Positions 12,118 to 24,059 of a DNA stretch of 64,000 nt are shown one piece after another. The position numbers and the translations under genes were made by a program. Every line of letters begins with the position of its first letter. Within the stretch, counting starts at the first letter, position 1. The stretch lies in the NCBI GenBank assembly GCA_964106645.2, contig OZ067039.1, one strand, 5' to 3'. Below the pieces are notes generated by a model. It saw nothing but the letters and a program-made list of their open reading frames with translations. It was not told the origin of the DNA and searched no databases. The DNA comes from Podarcis pityusensis (Eukaryota).

Positions 12118-12385
12118 TACTCAAGGGCATCAGAGAACTAAGGCTTCACAAGCTGCCAGGCTACCTAGGGCCCTCTTCTGTGAAATGGAAGTCCCGAAGC
12201 TTGCAAACAGTCCCAGACTAAAGCAGCCAGAAAAATAGGTATACTAACCTTTCTCTATCCTCATTGGTCAAGATGGGCCCCACTGACCTAGGAAAGCCCA
12301 CAGTATTCCACATCACATTTCCTGACATTACAACCTGGGGCTCTCTCTCTCAGGGGTCTCCATCAGTATCTCTCTAGCAACTTTG
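12113..12385 (+). pseudogene. Frameshifted remnant of the LRR-domain start of the LRRC8D-like gene
   Basis: Fragments in changing frames: IDTQGHQ / ELRLHKLP / LPRALFCEMEVPKL ... VFHITFPDITTW / LSLRGLHQYLSSNF. They align to LRRC8 RNAQDKQELHLFMLSGVPDAVFDLTDLDVLKL...LHVKFTDVAEIPAWVYLLKNLRELYL. Confidence 0.7.
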
Positions 12386-12471
12386 GCAAGATGAAAGATG
12401 CACTGTTCAGACCTGTCCTTGTTGGGCTGGGATTATGAATATGGATTTCATATGGATATGAATATAGAAGA

Positions 12472-12655
12472 AGGGGTACAGCGCAATAGTTAAGCATGGG
12501 CTTTGTATGCAAAAGATCCTAGGTTCAATCGTTGGCATCTCCAGTTAGGGCTAGGAAAGGCTCCTGTCTGAAACCATGGAGAACTGCAGCCGGTCAGTAA
12601 TACTGACCTAGACAGAGCAATAGTCTGATCCAATTTAAGGAGCCTCTGATATTCT
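12472..12655 (+). mobile_element. tRNA-derived squamate SINE (Squam3-like)
   Basis: A-box/B-box (GGTTCAATC) head, then GGCATCTCCAG...GGAAAGGCTCCTGTCTGAAACC...CCGGTCAGT body. Confidence 0.55.
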
Positions 12656-13320
12656 GATTAACTGAGGGCTGAAGATAAGGCAGATTCACAACTGGATCCT
12701 TTAACTTTTGTTTCTGTTTTAATGCAGTAGTTTTTATTAGCTGCTCTGCAATAAAAACAACAGGTACCTGCGTTGCCTGTGAACTTTCCTCCCTGGGGTT
12801 AATAACAGCTCTCTCTCTCTCTCTGTGTTTTTGGGGGTGGGGGAAGGGATCAAGGAATTGGCACCAATAATTGGAAAACTTCAATAGAAACCAAAGCCTC
12901 TTCTGTATTTCTGCTTAAAACAACAACAACAACAACAACAAATAATACACTGACCTGGGGATAAGTCCAATAGGGACATACTTTTGAGTAAATATGCATA
13001 GGATTGCTGTAGCATTTATTGCATCTGTTCTAGCCCTGAGATTTTAAGAGAGAAGCAGATTTGAGTTGGCATGATTTCCCTGAACTATGCTGAAAGTAAA
13101 CACATAAGCACATACAAATTAATGTAGAAAACTGTAACATTTTCTCCAAATGATCTTTTCAATGTTTGTTTGTTTGTAAAAAAAGAATTGCAGGACTCTA
13201 CAGTTTCAGTTTAAGAGTGTAAGGAGTTGTAGGTAGTGAAGTGATCCACTTTCTGAAACCAAAGGAGAGTATTAGTCATATGATGGCACAATGGGCCATC
13301 AGTGTGCCTGGCTGTTAACC

Positions 13321-13418
13321 AGAAGGTTGGGACGGCTGTGGGCAGAAATCCTGCATTGCGGGAGGTTGGACTAGATGACCCTTGGGGTACCTTCCAACCG
13401 TATAATTCTATGATTCTA
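13321..13418 (+). mobile_element. CR1 LINE 3' end
   Basis: GGTTGGACTAGATGACC...CCTTCCAACC...ATTCTATGATTCTA terminal motif. Confidence 0.8.
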
Positions 13419-14789
13419 TTTCCAAGCCGTTCATCTGTTAATGAAACAAGTGTGGGTTCAACAAGCCCTTCTGCCAAAACAAAGAGGATAAGTCCTCCTG
13501 CATCTCCCTTTCCTGCCTGTCTTAGAGGGATGACACTTTAAGGATATATGGAAAATGTGTCAATGAGGCACTGACATAAGAAAAGAGGTGTTTCTTACAG
13601 CAAGAATGAAAAATCACCATAACCTATATAAAAAAGGAGAGGCCTTGTAGCCCTGCAGTCAGAAACAATGATTTACAGCACAATCCTATACATGCCTATC
13701 CAGAAGTTCTATTGTGGTTAATGGGGCTTCCTAAAGTACTGTAAGTGGATATAGGATTGCCATCTTCTTAACTGGTAAGCAGATTGACAAAGGGCTAGTC
13801 CACACTTTCACTTATGTCATGCCTAGAAAGCATGGGTCCAAGTAGTTTCCTGCAGATTTCTGCATGACCCACACTTTCAAGGCATGGGTCCAAGCAGTTC
13901 CCCCCTTGCCCCACTCCTTTTCAATTGAAAATCTGCTCTTTAGCAGCAGGATGAGAGGAAGTGTGGATAAGCTGGAAGAACAAGCTCACAAAGTAACCTT
14001 AGTAGTCTCTAGCTAAATGAGACAGCTCTGTGGTGTCCCCAGTTCCAAAAACAATTCAGGACAATGTCCCTTATTTTAAACACAAACAAGGAAGAATGCC
14101 AAAAACAGAAAGGAGCAACATAGTGGAACTCAGAAGACAAAAAGTACTGTACTCCCATAGAAATGAAATGGCCTGTTATGGTTTTCATTTTCTTGGAAGA
14201 AACCATTATTATCAGAATGTTCTAGCTGAAGGCAAAACATCCTTAACTGTAGCTAAAGTCACGCAGGTGATGTTATCTGAATTAGAGATGACAGACCATG
14301 GCAGGAAAGTCAAAGGGAAACCAGTACGTAAAACTAATTGACGCATCATGCCCCCCCCACCCGCCAGCATTGCACCTTCCACAGAAAAATTCTAGGAGTC
14401 TGTAAGGATTCGACATTTCCTTCTGATACAATCTGTATATGTATTTTTATGTAGGTAAGAATCAAGTAGGTAAGATGTGGGGAACCCATGGTCCTTCTCC
14501 ACACATTTCTAGACTACATGTCCTATCATCCTTGATTCTTAGTAATGCCAGCTGATGGTGATGGGAGTTGGAATCCATCATCTGGAGGGTCCGAGGTTCC
14601 CCACCCCTGAAGTAGAAGGCATATATTTAAAATTAAAGATGTGTGTGTCTTAGGATGGAGGCGTGTGTGCACGTATATAAATATACATGCAGTTTTCTTC
14701 TTAAACTTGATCACCATCTAAGAGAATGCAATAAAGGCTTGCTTTGCTCTTTACTTTGGTAGCTGTTATCTCATAACATGCTTTCCAGT

Positions 14790-15054
14790 GTACTTCTTCA
14801 TGCAGCGCATAGTTAAACTATGAAACAGGAGGCAGTGATGGACAAAATGTTAGACAGATTCATGGAGGATGCTGTCAGTGGCTACTAGCTGTGCCTCCAC
14901 TGCTGGAGACAAAATGCTTCTGAATACCAGCTGCTGGAAACCACAGGCAGGGAGAGTGTCCTTGTCCTCCTTGTGAGTTTCCAACAGGCGTCTGGGTGGC
15001 CACTGTGAGAACAGAATGTTGGATTAGATGGGCCAGAAGGCTCTTCTTATGTTC
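14790..15054 (+). mobile_element. Squamate CR1 LINE 3' fragment
   Basis: TTAGACAGATTCATGGAGG...GGCCACTGTGAGAACAGAATGTTGGATTAGATGGGCC...TTCTTATGTTC tail. Confidence 0.65.
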
Positions 15055-15600
15055 GCACCAGACCCTTAAAAGTCTGCAGTTCACATTTTAGATGGGAAAC
15101 AGATCCACAGCAACTCTGATAAGGAATATAAGCCCAGCTCTTTCGACTCCTAGACCTGTACTCTGGATGTCCCAGCAAACATTCTATCATGGGTACTCCA
15201 CAATACCAAGAAATAGACAACCTTATTAAAAACCTAGCAAACTGATCCCCAGCGACCTTTCATGAGGTTGTAGCTGGTTCCATTGGTTCCCTATCTGCGT
15301 TTCCTGGTTTCCTATTTGGTTTAACAGGTCGGACCTAGCAGAAGGCAGTGCGACAGCTCCCGCTAGTGCAATGCCCTGCAGTGCAATGCATCCTGCTCCG
15401 GAGTGTGGGGAGAACCCCCAGAACAGTGCAGGCGGGGGGTGGGGGAGAGAGACGGGAGAAAAGGCGGCATATAAATGCAACAAGTACACAAATTCTAAAG
15501 AAGCACAAAGGAAACCCAAGCGCAGACAGGGAAAAAGGCTCTTTCCGTATTTGGAGCAGTTCAACTCCCGCTGGTCTTCAAGTGTGAGAGGTACGTGCCA

Positions 15601-15658
15601 TAGAATCACAGAACTGTAGAGTTGGACCCAGAGGGTCATCTACTCCAACCCCTGCAGT
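15601..15658 (-). mobile_element. CR1 LINE 3' end
   Basis: TAGAATCACAGAACTGTAGAGTTGGA...GGTCATCTACTCCAACCCCTGC is the reverse complement of the CR1 tail. Confidence 0.65.
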
Positions 15659-15819
15659 AATATTTTGCTCCCCGCGGAACTTGCACCCAGGACCCTGAGA
15701 TTAAGAGCCTCAGGTTCTATTGACTGAGCAACAGGGCAGCATCTTCTAACACCCCTCCGACCCGTCATGACTCCCAGACATGCTCCCTAGTCCCCATCAA
15801 AGCTGAGTGGAGATGCACG

Positions 15820-16620
15820 AATACTGGCGAGGAGAACGTCCAAAATATCATTGACGGCGCGGCCGCGTTGATACTGAGCTCGGGCAGCACTTTGGTGCCC
15901 TCGCGCATGCGCGAGCCAGGAAAAACCGCGAGGCAAAACAAGCACAGCGGGCAAAAGTGGAGCCGTGCCTTTGCGGTGGGCGGAGGAGGATGATGATAAT
16001 ATGGTGGCCTGGTTGGTCCTTTCGGCGCGTGCGCACTGCGGTGTTTGTGTATTCTGGCTGCGCGGTGGCGGCAGCGTCGGCGGCTCCGGGGGAGGGGGGG
16101 GAAGATGGCGGCGTCCTCGCTGGAGCAGAAACTGTCCCGCTTGGAGGCCAAGCTGAAGCAGGAGAACAGGGAGGCCCGGAGGCGCATCGACCTCAACTTG
16201 GACATCAGTCCGGCCCGGACTCGGCCTAGTAAGGGAGGCTTTGAGGGGGGAAACGGGGGCGGCGGCAGGGGAGGCTCCGCGGAAGGCACCCCCCCGCTTG
16301 GGCGACTGACACGGGCCCGCCTGGGCAGGAGCCCCGGGGCCGGAGGGATGCGGGGCGGGGATGGGAAGAGCCGAGCTGCCCCGGAGAGGGGCCGGTAGAG
16401 AAAGGTCCTCCCGGAGAAGCGAAGGGGTCGGGAAACCCGGGGCGGGGAAACAAGGGGGCTCTTGTTTACCACGGAGTCTGAGGGAGGTGGAGGCCCAAGG
16501 CCAGGACACACCGGGGCAGGGAGAAAGAAGACCCAGGGGAAAGGTAAAGAATCCAGTGGGGAAGGGACTTGGAGGAAGGCGTGGGCGTGGGGGGCGGGGA
16601 AGAGTTCGAGAAGGAAGAAA
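15820..16620 (+). promoter_or_regulatory. MAP2K7 CpG-island promoter with NRF1 and YY1 motifs
   Basis: Only strongly CpG/GC-rich segment of the window. Palindrome CTCGCGCATGCGCGAG (15900-15915, NRF1 consensus); second NRF1-like GCGCGTGCGCA near 16025; YY1 motif AAGATGGCGGC overlapping the start codon (16102-16112). No TATA seen. Confidence 0.8.
16105..16228 (+). CDS. MAP2K7: MAP2K7 coding exon 1 (MAASSLEQKLSRLEAKLKQENREARRRIDLNLDISPARTRP)
   Basis: Matches the MKK7 N-terminus; Kozak AAGATGG; donor A|GTAAGG; 124 nt, phase 1. Confidence 0.97.
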
Positions 16621-19600
16621 CATGTAGGGAACAGAGTTGGGACCTGGGACCTAGTGCCCGGGCTATGATCTGCGTGTGGGTTTTTATAGGAGGACTCAGG
16701 TGGAAGGAGAAGAAATGAGTGTATCAGTGGGGGGCACCGACAGGAGGTCATTGGGGACCTTAGGTTAATCGATCTTCCTGGGGATCGGAAACCACCTGTG
16801 TGTTGAGCTTATGATGTGATGGCGTTAGTGGACCGTGGTTCTTTGAGATTTTCTTTAAAAATGAGGACAGTACTTAGAGCTCAGAGTTGCTTTCGTGAGG
16901 CCAAGAGGAGTTCCCATGTACTGTATTCTGATTAGAAAAACTGATATACAAGGAGTTATACTGTAACTGTTATACTGGAGGAAGTAAAAGTGGATTTAGG
17001 ATCCCCCAATTGCCGTATTATAACTATGTTTTTAAAGTTAGGGAAGTCTAAGCAACTGCTCACACCCTGCAGTGGAGAGGGAGGAGGGGTGGGTTAGGAA
17101 TACCATGAAATAGCGATATGCTGTGCTCAGAAATGTCCCCAAGTGTATGCTTCTCTAGATCAGGTTCCTGTCATTTGCTGGACTAGTATCTTTTTGTAAA
17201 CAAAGAAGTTCACAAGAGCTCTTTATTTAAGTTCTAATTTAAATACAGGAAAGTTCCATATTGTGTATATAGCAGTGCTTCCAAAACTCATATGGTTTCC
17301 CCACCCCATCTTGGATTAAAATTGAATGCATCTTTCACCCCATACTCAGATGTGTGTCAGGGATCCTTCTTGTGTCATAGTCTAGTTAATAATGCATCTT
17401 GGTTTACTGTTTCTGTTTAGTTATCTTCATTGGTGTTTCTAGGAAGACCAAGCACTTGCCAATTGTACCATGAACTATGGCAAGGACTTACCTGTAGCTT
17501 CCATATGCTGAGGGATATAGACAAGTGTAGGCATCCAATATGGTGACTTAATTCTTTCAAGACACACTTCAGCCTCTCTCATGACACATTAGATGCTCCA
17601 GCATGCAGTTTGGGAATCACTGATAGCAAGATGTGAATATATTCACTTGAGAAGAGAGCTGAGAGAGGAACTTAATTATTTGGCATATTTATAGGCCTCC
17701 CTTTAATAAAGTTGTCAGGGTTGTTCACAGCCAGAAAAGCTCAGTCAGTAGAATAGAGTATGGGTCAAAACCTACAAACTTGAGCTACTGGTTTTGAACA
17801 GACTAAAATTTTCATGATCAACCAACAGCTCAAGTTTTTATGCTTACTATAGCTGTTTGACCCATATTTTGAGATACAGAGCTGAAATTTAACATGGAAT
17901 AATATTTTTTTGTACCACTGAAGGATTTCCCCCTGTAATTGTATTGTATTGCTACTAGTTTACTTGGCACACAGGACAAAATATTAGAAAGTGTATTGAT
18001 AACATGTATAAGTTTGTCATAAGCAACATAGAATGTATATTACAATGATAGTGACATTGAAAAGATTTGGGATATTTTTAAATCTGATTTCTAATTGTTT
18101 GGCAATCCTAGCTGTATAGTCTGTCTCTGTGAATAAGGCACTTACTTGTGTGGCCAAGGTGAAATTGCCAGGGCGAGAGTGAAATGAACAAAAAATCTAA
18201 ATCATAACTATTTTCTGACAAGCCAATGGCTTAATAGGTTGATCAGAGTACCTCTGATAGTCTTACTGTGGTTGGAGCAAATCTCCAATTATAACAACTG
18301 AGATTTAAGCATGCACAGCTCAAAGTTTTGGTGCAGACACAGGGCTCTTACCTGTGCAGGTAGGTAGACTCTACCCCATTCAGCATAGTGCCTGGGATGT
18401 CTCTGTCCCTGCATTTGCTTCTACTGCATGCATTTGCCTGCTGCTGGAGCAGAATCCAGAAGTAGCTATGTCACTGAGAAAGGGAGAAGATTTCCCTTTA
18501 AAGTCAGTTAGAGGAGGAAAAATGTGAAGCTCATCTGTTCCTCACTGCTTTTAAAGTTGAATTACCTCTGGAGCATGGGAGCTATTTCAACACTGTCTGG
18601 ACCTGCAGTGCCGTGATAATGTGCACAAACAAACATCATGTGAGTGGATGCTTATTTATTAATTTTGATGATTTATGTCCCACCTTTCAATCAAACAATT
18701 TTCAAGGCAACTTACAAGCAGGAGGTAACAATACAACCCTCCACCCCCACCCCCAATTCACACATACAATCTAGCAGCTGCTGGATGGGACCAGAGCTTG
18801 CTTTTCATCAGCTCTCTAGTCTCAGGGCAACTGGCAATTGAAGTTGAGTGTTCTTTCTAGAAGCAAGGGGGGGGGAGGAAGCAAATTCCGGCAGCTGCTC
18901 ATTCTCTGGCTGATGAATGGGGCCAGACTGGTCTCCCTTTTGCCTTACTTCCTGTGAGGCAGGGGGTGCAGGTTCCCAGTGGCCCTGCTGTCCTGGCCAG
19001 AGACAGAATGGGATTCTCTTCTGTTTTCTGGTCCTTGTATTACACGATCTCTGCTGAAATTGAAATTGGAATGTGGTTGTTTCTTATCCTGGTGGTGTGG
19101 GAAGTAATTATATTATCCCATGCACCCACGTGGTTCTTGTATCTACATAGTACTGGGGTTTTCTGAATCCAGGATATAGACGAGCAGTTCCAATAGTCTA
19201 ATGCTAATATTTGAATTCTTCTTTAATATCCAATAAAGAACAAAGAACAGATTCAGTTTTGAGCCACTTTTCAAATCAGCTCACCTGGTGCAAGATGTCG
19301 GGGGCGGGGGATGGGAAGGGATGCTTTAGCTCCTACAACTAGTTGTGGGTTTAATGTGAGTGTAATGCTTTCTGGTTCCACTTTCCATTGTGATTTTGTG
19401 GCTTGGATGTAGCTTCTTTCAATCCTGAGTCTAGAAGCTGGAAGTGGAGATTACACTGTGTATGTTACCATAGGTTAATAGGTTATGTGTGTGTAATTAG
19501 TTAGGGGAGGTTTCTGATAACCCTTCCATGCATTCAGAGACTATGTGAGGAGGATTGTGGGGCTGCATGAGCTAATCCTGGCTCTATTGCAGCATCTAGC

Positions 19601-19647
19601 AGCCCTGTACCCCACACTTTATTATGTGAAAAGAGGCTTGCTATACT

Positions 19648-19730
19648 AATAATAATAATAATAATAATAATAATAGTTATTTATTTGCTACCCATCTGAC
19701 TGGGTTACCCAACACTGTGGGAGGCTTCCA
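19648..19730 (-). mobile_element. (TAA)n tract plus L2-type 3' tail fragment
   Basis: (TAA)n then TTATTTATTTGCTACCCATCTGACTGGGTTACCCAACAC; related copy at about 26990-27065. Confidence 0.45.
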
Positions 19731-21403
19731 ACAAAATAGGAAACCACGGTAAAACATCAGTCGTGTGCATCAAGGTTCTCCACATAAGTTGGGATCTTGA
19801 TGCACAGATGTTGGTATATTTGTAGAGCCCCTTCTCCTGTGTGCTAATTGCAGGTGAGTGGGCCTTCCTGCTGTGTAATTGGCAAGAGCCAATTCCTGCT
19901 CATGTGGTTCTGCAAACCCCTTAACTTTGAACACATGGGGAGAGTCATTGAACTAACCCCCCATCCAATTGAATAGCCATTTCTGATCTAGGCTTTCTAA
20001 ATATTTATTCAACGTACTTCTGTTTAGGTCACATTCTGTCTTTCTGAAATCTTGTATGCTTACTTTCCACACATTTGTGTGAGGGAGATAGTGTTCATGA
20101 ATGCCTAATAATGTACCCCATTAACCTTAAGAATGTTTACAAAATATTTCACAAGAGTGACAGAGTCATGGTCCTTCCCTAATTAAGAAGCATTTCTTCA
20201 GTAAGAATAGATGCGACCTTCTTATATGGTATAGTGGAACTAGAACCAAGGTCTGTATCCTTCCTACTTTGTCGGATGACCCACAGCTATTTAACAGAGA
20301 AAGTCTAATTTACCAGATCGTAGAGGTAGAGGAGGTTTTGTATTCATTTAAAAAGGACAAGACATACACTTGGTTTCTCTAGTGGAATGAGACAAGGGTA
20401 GTGTAGGTGAGAGATTAAAAGGAGAAACCAAAGTTTATGCTTTATGGAGAGTCCAGATGCACCTCCAGGATTTTTGTTTTACACACTAGCCTCAAACTTA
20501 AGTGTAATGTGAGTCTTTCAGTCTGCTTTATGCAGAATAAAAAGTTTTTATTGAAGGTGACTTTTATGAATTTCAACTCTTTCTATTTTGTTCTGGGTAG
20601 TCCACAAAGGCAACAAAAAGCTATTATGTACTTGATGTTTTTTGCCGTACTCTCAAGCTTCTGATATAAAATTCCTGAATTCTACACTGCACTTTGATTC
20701 ACATTTCAGGCTATCACATCTCATTTTGCATGTGGGTATCCTTTTAGAGAATGAAATTTGAGAATGACTTATGTGGCCATGTCTTCATAATTGCAGGCTT
20801 TTTGTAAGAAGAAGTTAATAGTAGTTTCTTGTAGAATATGTGTGACTTCTGGTTTGTGCTGTTGGGTGCTTATATGCCAGATGTAAATGAACATGATGAA
20901 AATGGAGTGTTCAAAAGTTGCCTTGCTGAAATTTAACTCTTTTAAAGCAGATCATGTTAATCCATTTTAACTAATTATGACAATTTAAGAAACCTTTTAA
21001 AATTATTAGCATGAGGCAAGTAGAATTTTGACAAGTTGTTACATTGGTATAGACTTCTCATACTTATAATTCCTGTAACAATACTCTTGTGTAAAACACT
21101 TTTCAGTGATAATGTGATCATAGCAACTCTATAAAGTTGTATGTACCACTTTTAAGAAAGGGGCTGTAGTTTAGAGAGATTTGCTTCCCAGTGTCTCTTA
21201 GTGAACCCATGACTAAAATGAGTGGGAAAGTAAAATTATGACTGAGACATGGCTTCTTGATTTATTTTATTAAGATGGTGAGGATCAGTTCTTGTTTATT
21301 CAGGCTCTTACTTGCAAAAACAGAGTGGAAATTGGGATTTCTTATACATTTACAGTTAGTATTCACAATAAATGGTGGGTTGAATTGAAGTTTTGAAGAG
21401 TTA

Positions 21404-21895
21404 CAGTGGTGCCCCGCAAGACGAATGCCTCGCAAGACGGAAAACCCGCTAGACGAAAGGGTTTTCCGTTTTGGAGGTGCTTCGCAAAACGAATTTCCTA
21501 TGTGCTTGCTTCGCAAGACGAAAATGTCTTGCGAGTTCCTGCAGGGTTTTTTTCCTCCCCCCCCCCTTTTTCCCAAGCCGCTAAACCGCTTATCAGCTGA
21601 TGGCTAAGCCGCTTATCAGCTGATCTTTAAGCCGCTTAACAGCTGATGCTAAGCCGCTTATCAGCTGATCTTTAAGCCGCTTAACAGCTGATGCTAAGCC
21701 GCTTATCAGCTGATCTTTAAGCCGCTTAACAGCTGATGCTAAGCCGCTTATCAGCTGATCTTTAAGCCGGCTAAGCCACTAATACTGTAGCGCTAAGCCG
21801 CTAAACCTCTAATGGGCTTGCTTCGCAAGACGAAAAAACCCGCAAGACGAAGAGACTCGCGGAACGGATTCTTTTCGTCTTGCGAGGCACCACTG
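21404..21895. mobile_element. Tc1/mariner (Tigger-like) MITE with internal 45-bp tandem repeat
   Basis: TA TSDs at 21402-21403 and 21896-21897; TIRs CAGTGGTGCC(C/T)CGCAAGACGAA; CpG-rich, so probably young. Confidence 0.9.
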
Positions 21896-22018
21896 TATAA
21901 AAGTCCAAGAGAATATATTTGGAAGTACAACTAGGTTTTTATTGTGAATGATGCCACCATTGGTAGGTTATAAAATTGATTTCATTGTGACAGAAGTCCT
22001 ACCAAGTAATCCTTATGG

Positions 22019-22501
22019 CACAGTTTTTCAACCATTTTGGGTCCATGGCTCCCTTGACCAACTACATTCTTTGTGCGATACCCCTGTGGGGCTCAGGAGC
22101 CCAGTTATGTCACCCCTTGCCTGCCGAGCTGGCAGCTCCCTTGTGGAGGGCTCCCTCAGCCTCCTCTCTTCTCCCCATGGGAGTCCTCTGGGCATCTGCA
22201 GCTGCTGCCCCTGGTCTCTGAGCTGCCTTGCTTGCCCCAAAGAGAGGTGCCTCCTCTCACTACCCCACAGGGGCCTGGGAAGCACGCCCTGGTCAGCTCC
22301 AGACACACCATTCACCTGGGAGCTTGTAGCCAAGGCTGCTGCAACAAACAACTGTGCAAGCCTTTGAGAGGCAGAGATGCAAGAAGGCATCATATGAAGG
22401 TAGGGAAGGAAAGAGGGACAGAGGCCAGTATTGCCCATGGCACCCCTGAACATCATTCAAGGCACCCCAGGGTGCTGTGGCACACTGATTGAAAACTACT
22501 G
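22019..22501. mobile_element. hAT-type non-autonomous DNA transposon
   Basis: Ends CACAGTTTTTCAACC... and ...TTGAAAACTACTG; imperfect 8-bp TSD CCTTATGG/TCTTATGC. Confidence 0.55.
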
Positions 22502-22792
22502 TCTTATGCCTCAGTCTGCAAGAAGCAACACCAGAGAGCTTTTCATTGTATGTATATGATTTGATGTTATGAGCAGGTGTACTTTGTTTGCTGTTCATAT
22601 TGCTTATAACATTACGTATATCAGTTAGCCAGTTAATTAACCTCCATGTGTTATCATGAACCAAAGCAAGGAGTTCATATCCTATTTCAGATCTTGTTCC
22701 CTTTCAGGGCATGTAGTGGTGGTCCAACAGAATGAAAGAATAAATAAGGTGATGGTTCAGAGAGTGGTGGTTTTCCTTTGATAAGCTAGAGT

Positions 22793-22930
22793 ACGGGTGG
22801 GGAGCCTAAGGCCCTACAGAGGTTGTTTGAATCCAGTTCCCATCATCCCTGACAATTGGCAGCGCTCTCTGAGTCTCATGGGAGTTGGAAGTCTATTAAC
22901 TTCTGGAGGACCCCAGGTCCTTCATCCCTG
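22793..22930. mobile_element. Short palindromic hAT-like MITE (related copies at about 14470-14610, 26850-26965, 31320-31460)
   Basis: Self-complementary body: CCAGTTCCCATCATCCCT...ATGGGAGTTGG...CTGGAGGACCCCAGGT...CCCTG. Confidence 0.5.
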
Positions 22931-24011
22931 AGGTAGAGGCTGTTAGCAGAAGATACTGTTTTTATCAATTGTTTTTAAATCTCATTAGCTTTCAAAAGCA
23001 GGAGCAATCATTTCTGCTTCTACTTCTTGGGGATCAACTAAAAACTTTGTGATTTTTTTTTACCTTTTATTTTTTCTTAGAGAATGGGCATATTTTATAA
23101 CAAAAAAGAAATTACTTACGTGCATCAGTTGGGGTGGAAGTCTTTTAGAAAGCAATTTTCAAGGGGAAATGAAGAGAAGTTATTAGCATCTGAGCACTTG
23201 GGTAAAAACTAGAATGTTTTGATACCTTAAAGTAGAAAATATTTCATGAGTTGCAGGGGCATAAGGTTTTGAATAAGGTGAGATGTTGCTTATGAGAGGT
23301 CTGTTTAACATAAATAGAATCAAGGAGCATAATTTATGTTATCGTCTTTAGATTATCCTAGTCACCTCTTATGGTTTAAAATGCTGTTAGTAAACGTCAT
23401 TTTGAGAGTATAGCAAGATCATGGCCTTTAAAGCAAGTCTTTATACTGTGATCAGACCTTGGAACATCACAGATAAAAGGTTTCCTAGGCATCTAGGAAT
23501 ATGAAATATTTGAACGGCATTGGTGCCTAAAAGAAGTGGAGTTTGATGCACATAATATAGTCAGCCAGGTGCAATCTTGGAACATAGACATTTGATGCTG
23601 ACTTTGAAAAATTAGAGCTTTGCCCCTGGGTACTTTAAGTACATTTCATGTATATCTATGATTGTGAAGCACTGGGCTAGATTGTTGATGACGCCATAGT
23701 GAATGGGTTTTGCTTTCTGGAATGAAGGAAGGCCATTGACCAGAACACTGCTGTGCAAGGGAATTGTTGACTAACAGAACAAGAACCATAGCTGTTTTTC
23801 ATGTTAGAAGCGCTAGGGATGTGAAACCTGTGGAATTGATTCCTTACTGTTTGATGCATCACATTTTCACCTTGTCTGTCCCCTTTGTTGGTTTCTTGCC
23901 ACCTCCACTCTTTATCCTGAAATTGATTTGAATATGAGTTATTTTCATTTTGATGATTTGATTGTTTCTGTTGTGATTTATCGTGTTTTTTTCTTCCTTT
24001 TCCCAATCCAG

Positions 24012-24059
24012 TTATTGTGATCACTCTAAGCCCTGCTCCCGCTCCATCCCAACGTGCAG
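24012..24059 (+). CDS. MAP2K7: MAP2K7 cassette exon 2 (48 nt; IIVITLSPAPAPSQRA; gamma-type isoform)
   Basis: Long pyrimidine tract, acceptor CCAG| at 24011, donor CAG|GTACC. Frame-preserving; peptide matches the MKK7 alternative insert. Confidence 0.93.

Noticed and set aside
15957-16229. Upstream ATGs / overlapping uORF in MAP2K7
   Set aside because: The ATGs near 15990-16001 probably lie upstream of the TSS inferred near 16030-16040; no transcript evidence available.
15765-16751. Long minus-strand ORFs (328 aa, 278 aa) over the MAP2K7 promoter
   Set aside because: Low-complexity Pro/Arg/Gly-rich translations, expected from stop-poor GC-rich CpG-island DNA antisense to exon 1.
21580-21780. 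CRISPR-like palindromic repeat array
   Set aside because: No unique spacers, eukaryotic context, and it lies inside a TA-flanked MITE.
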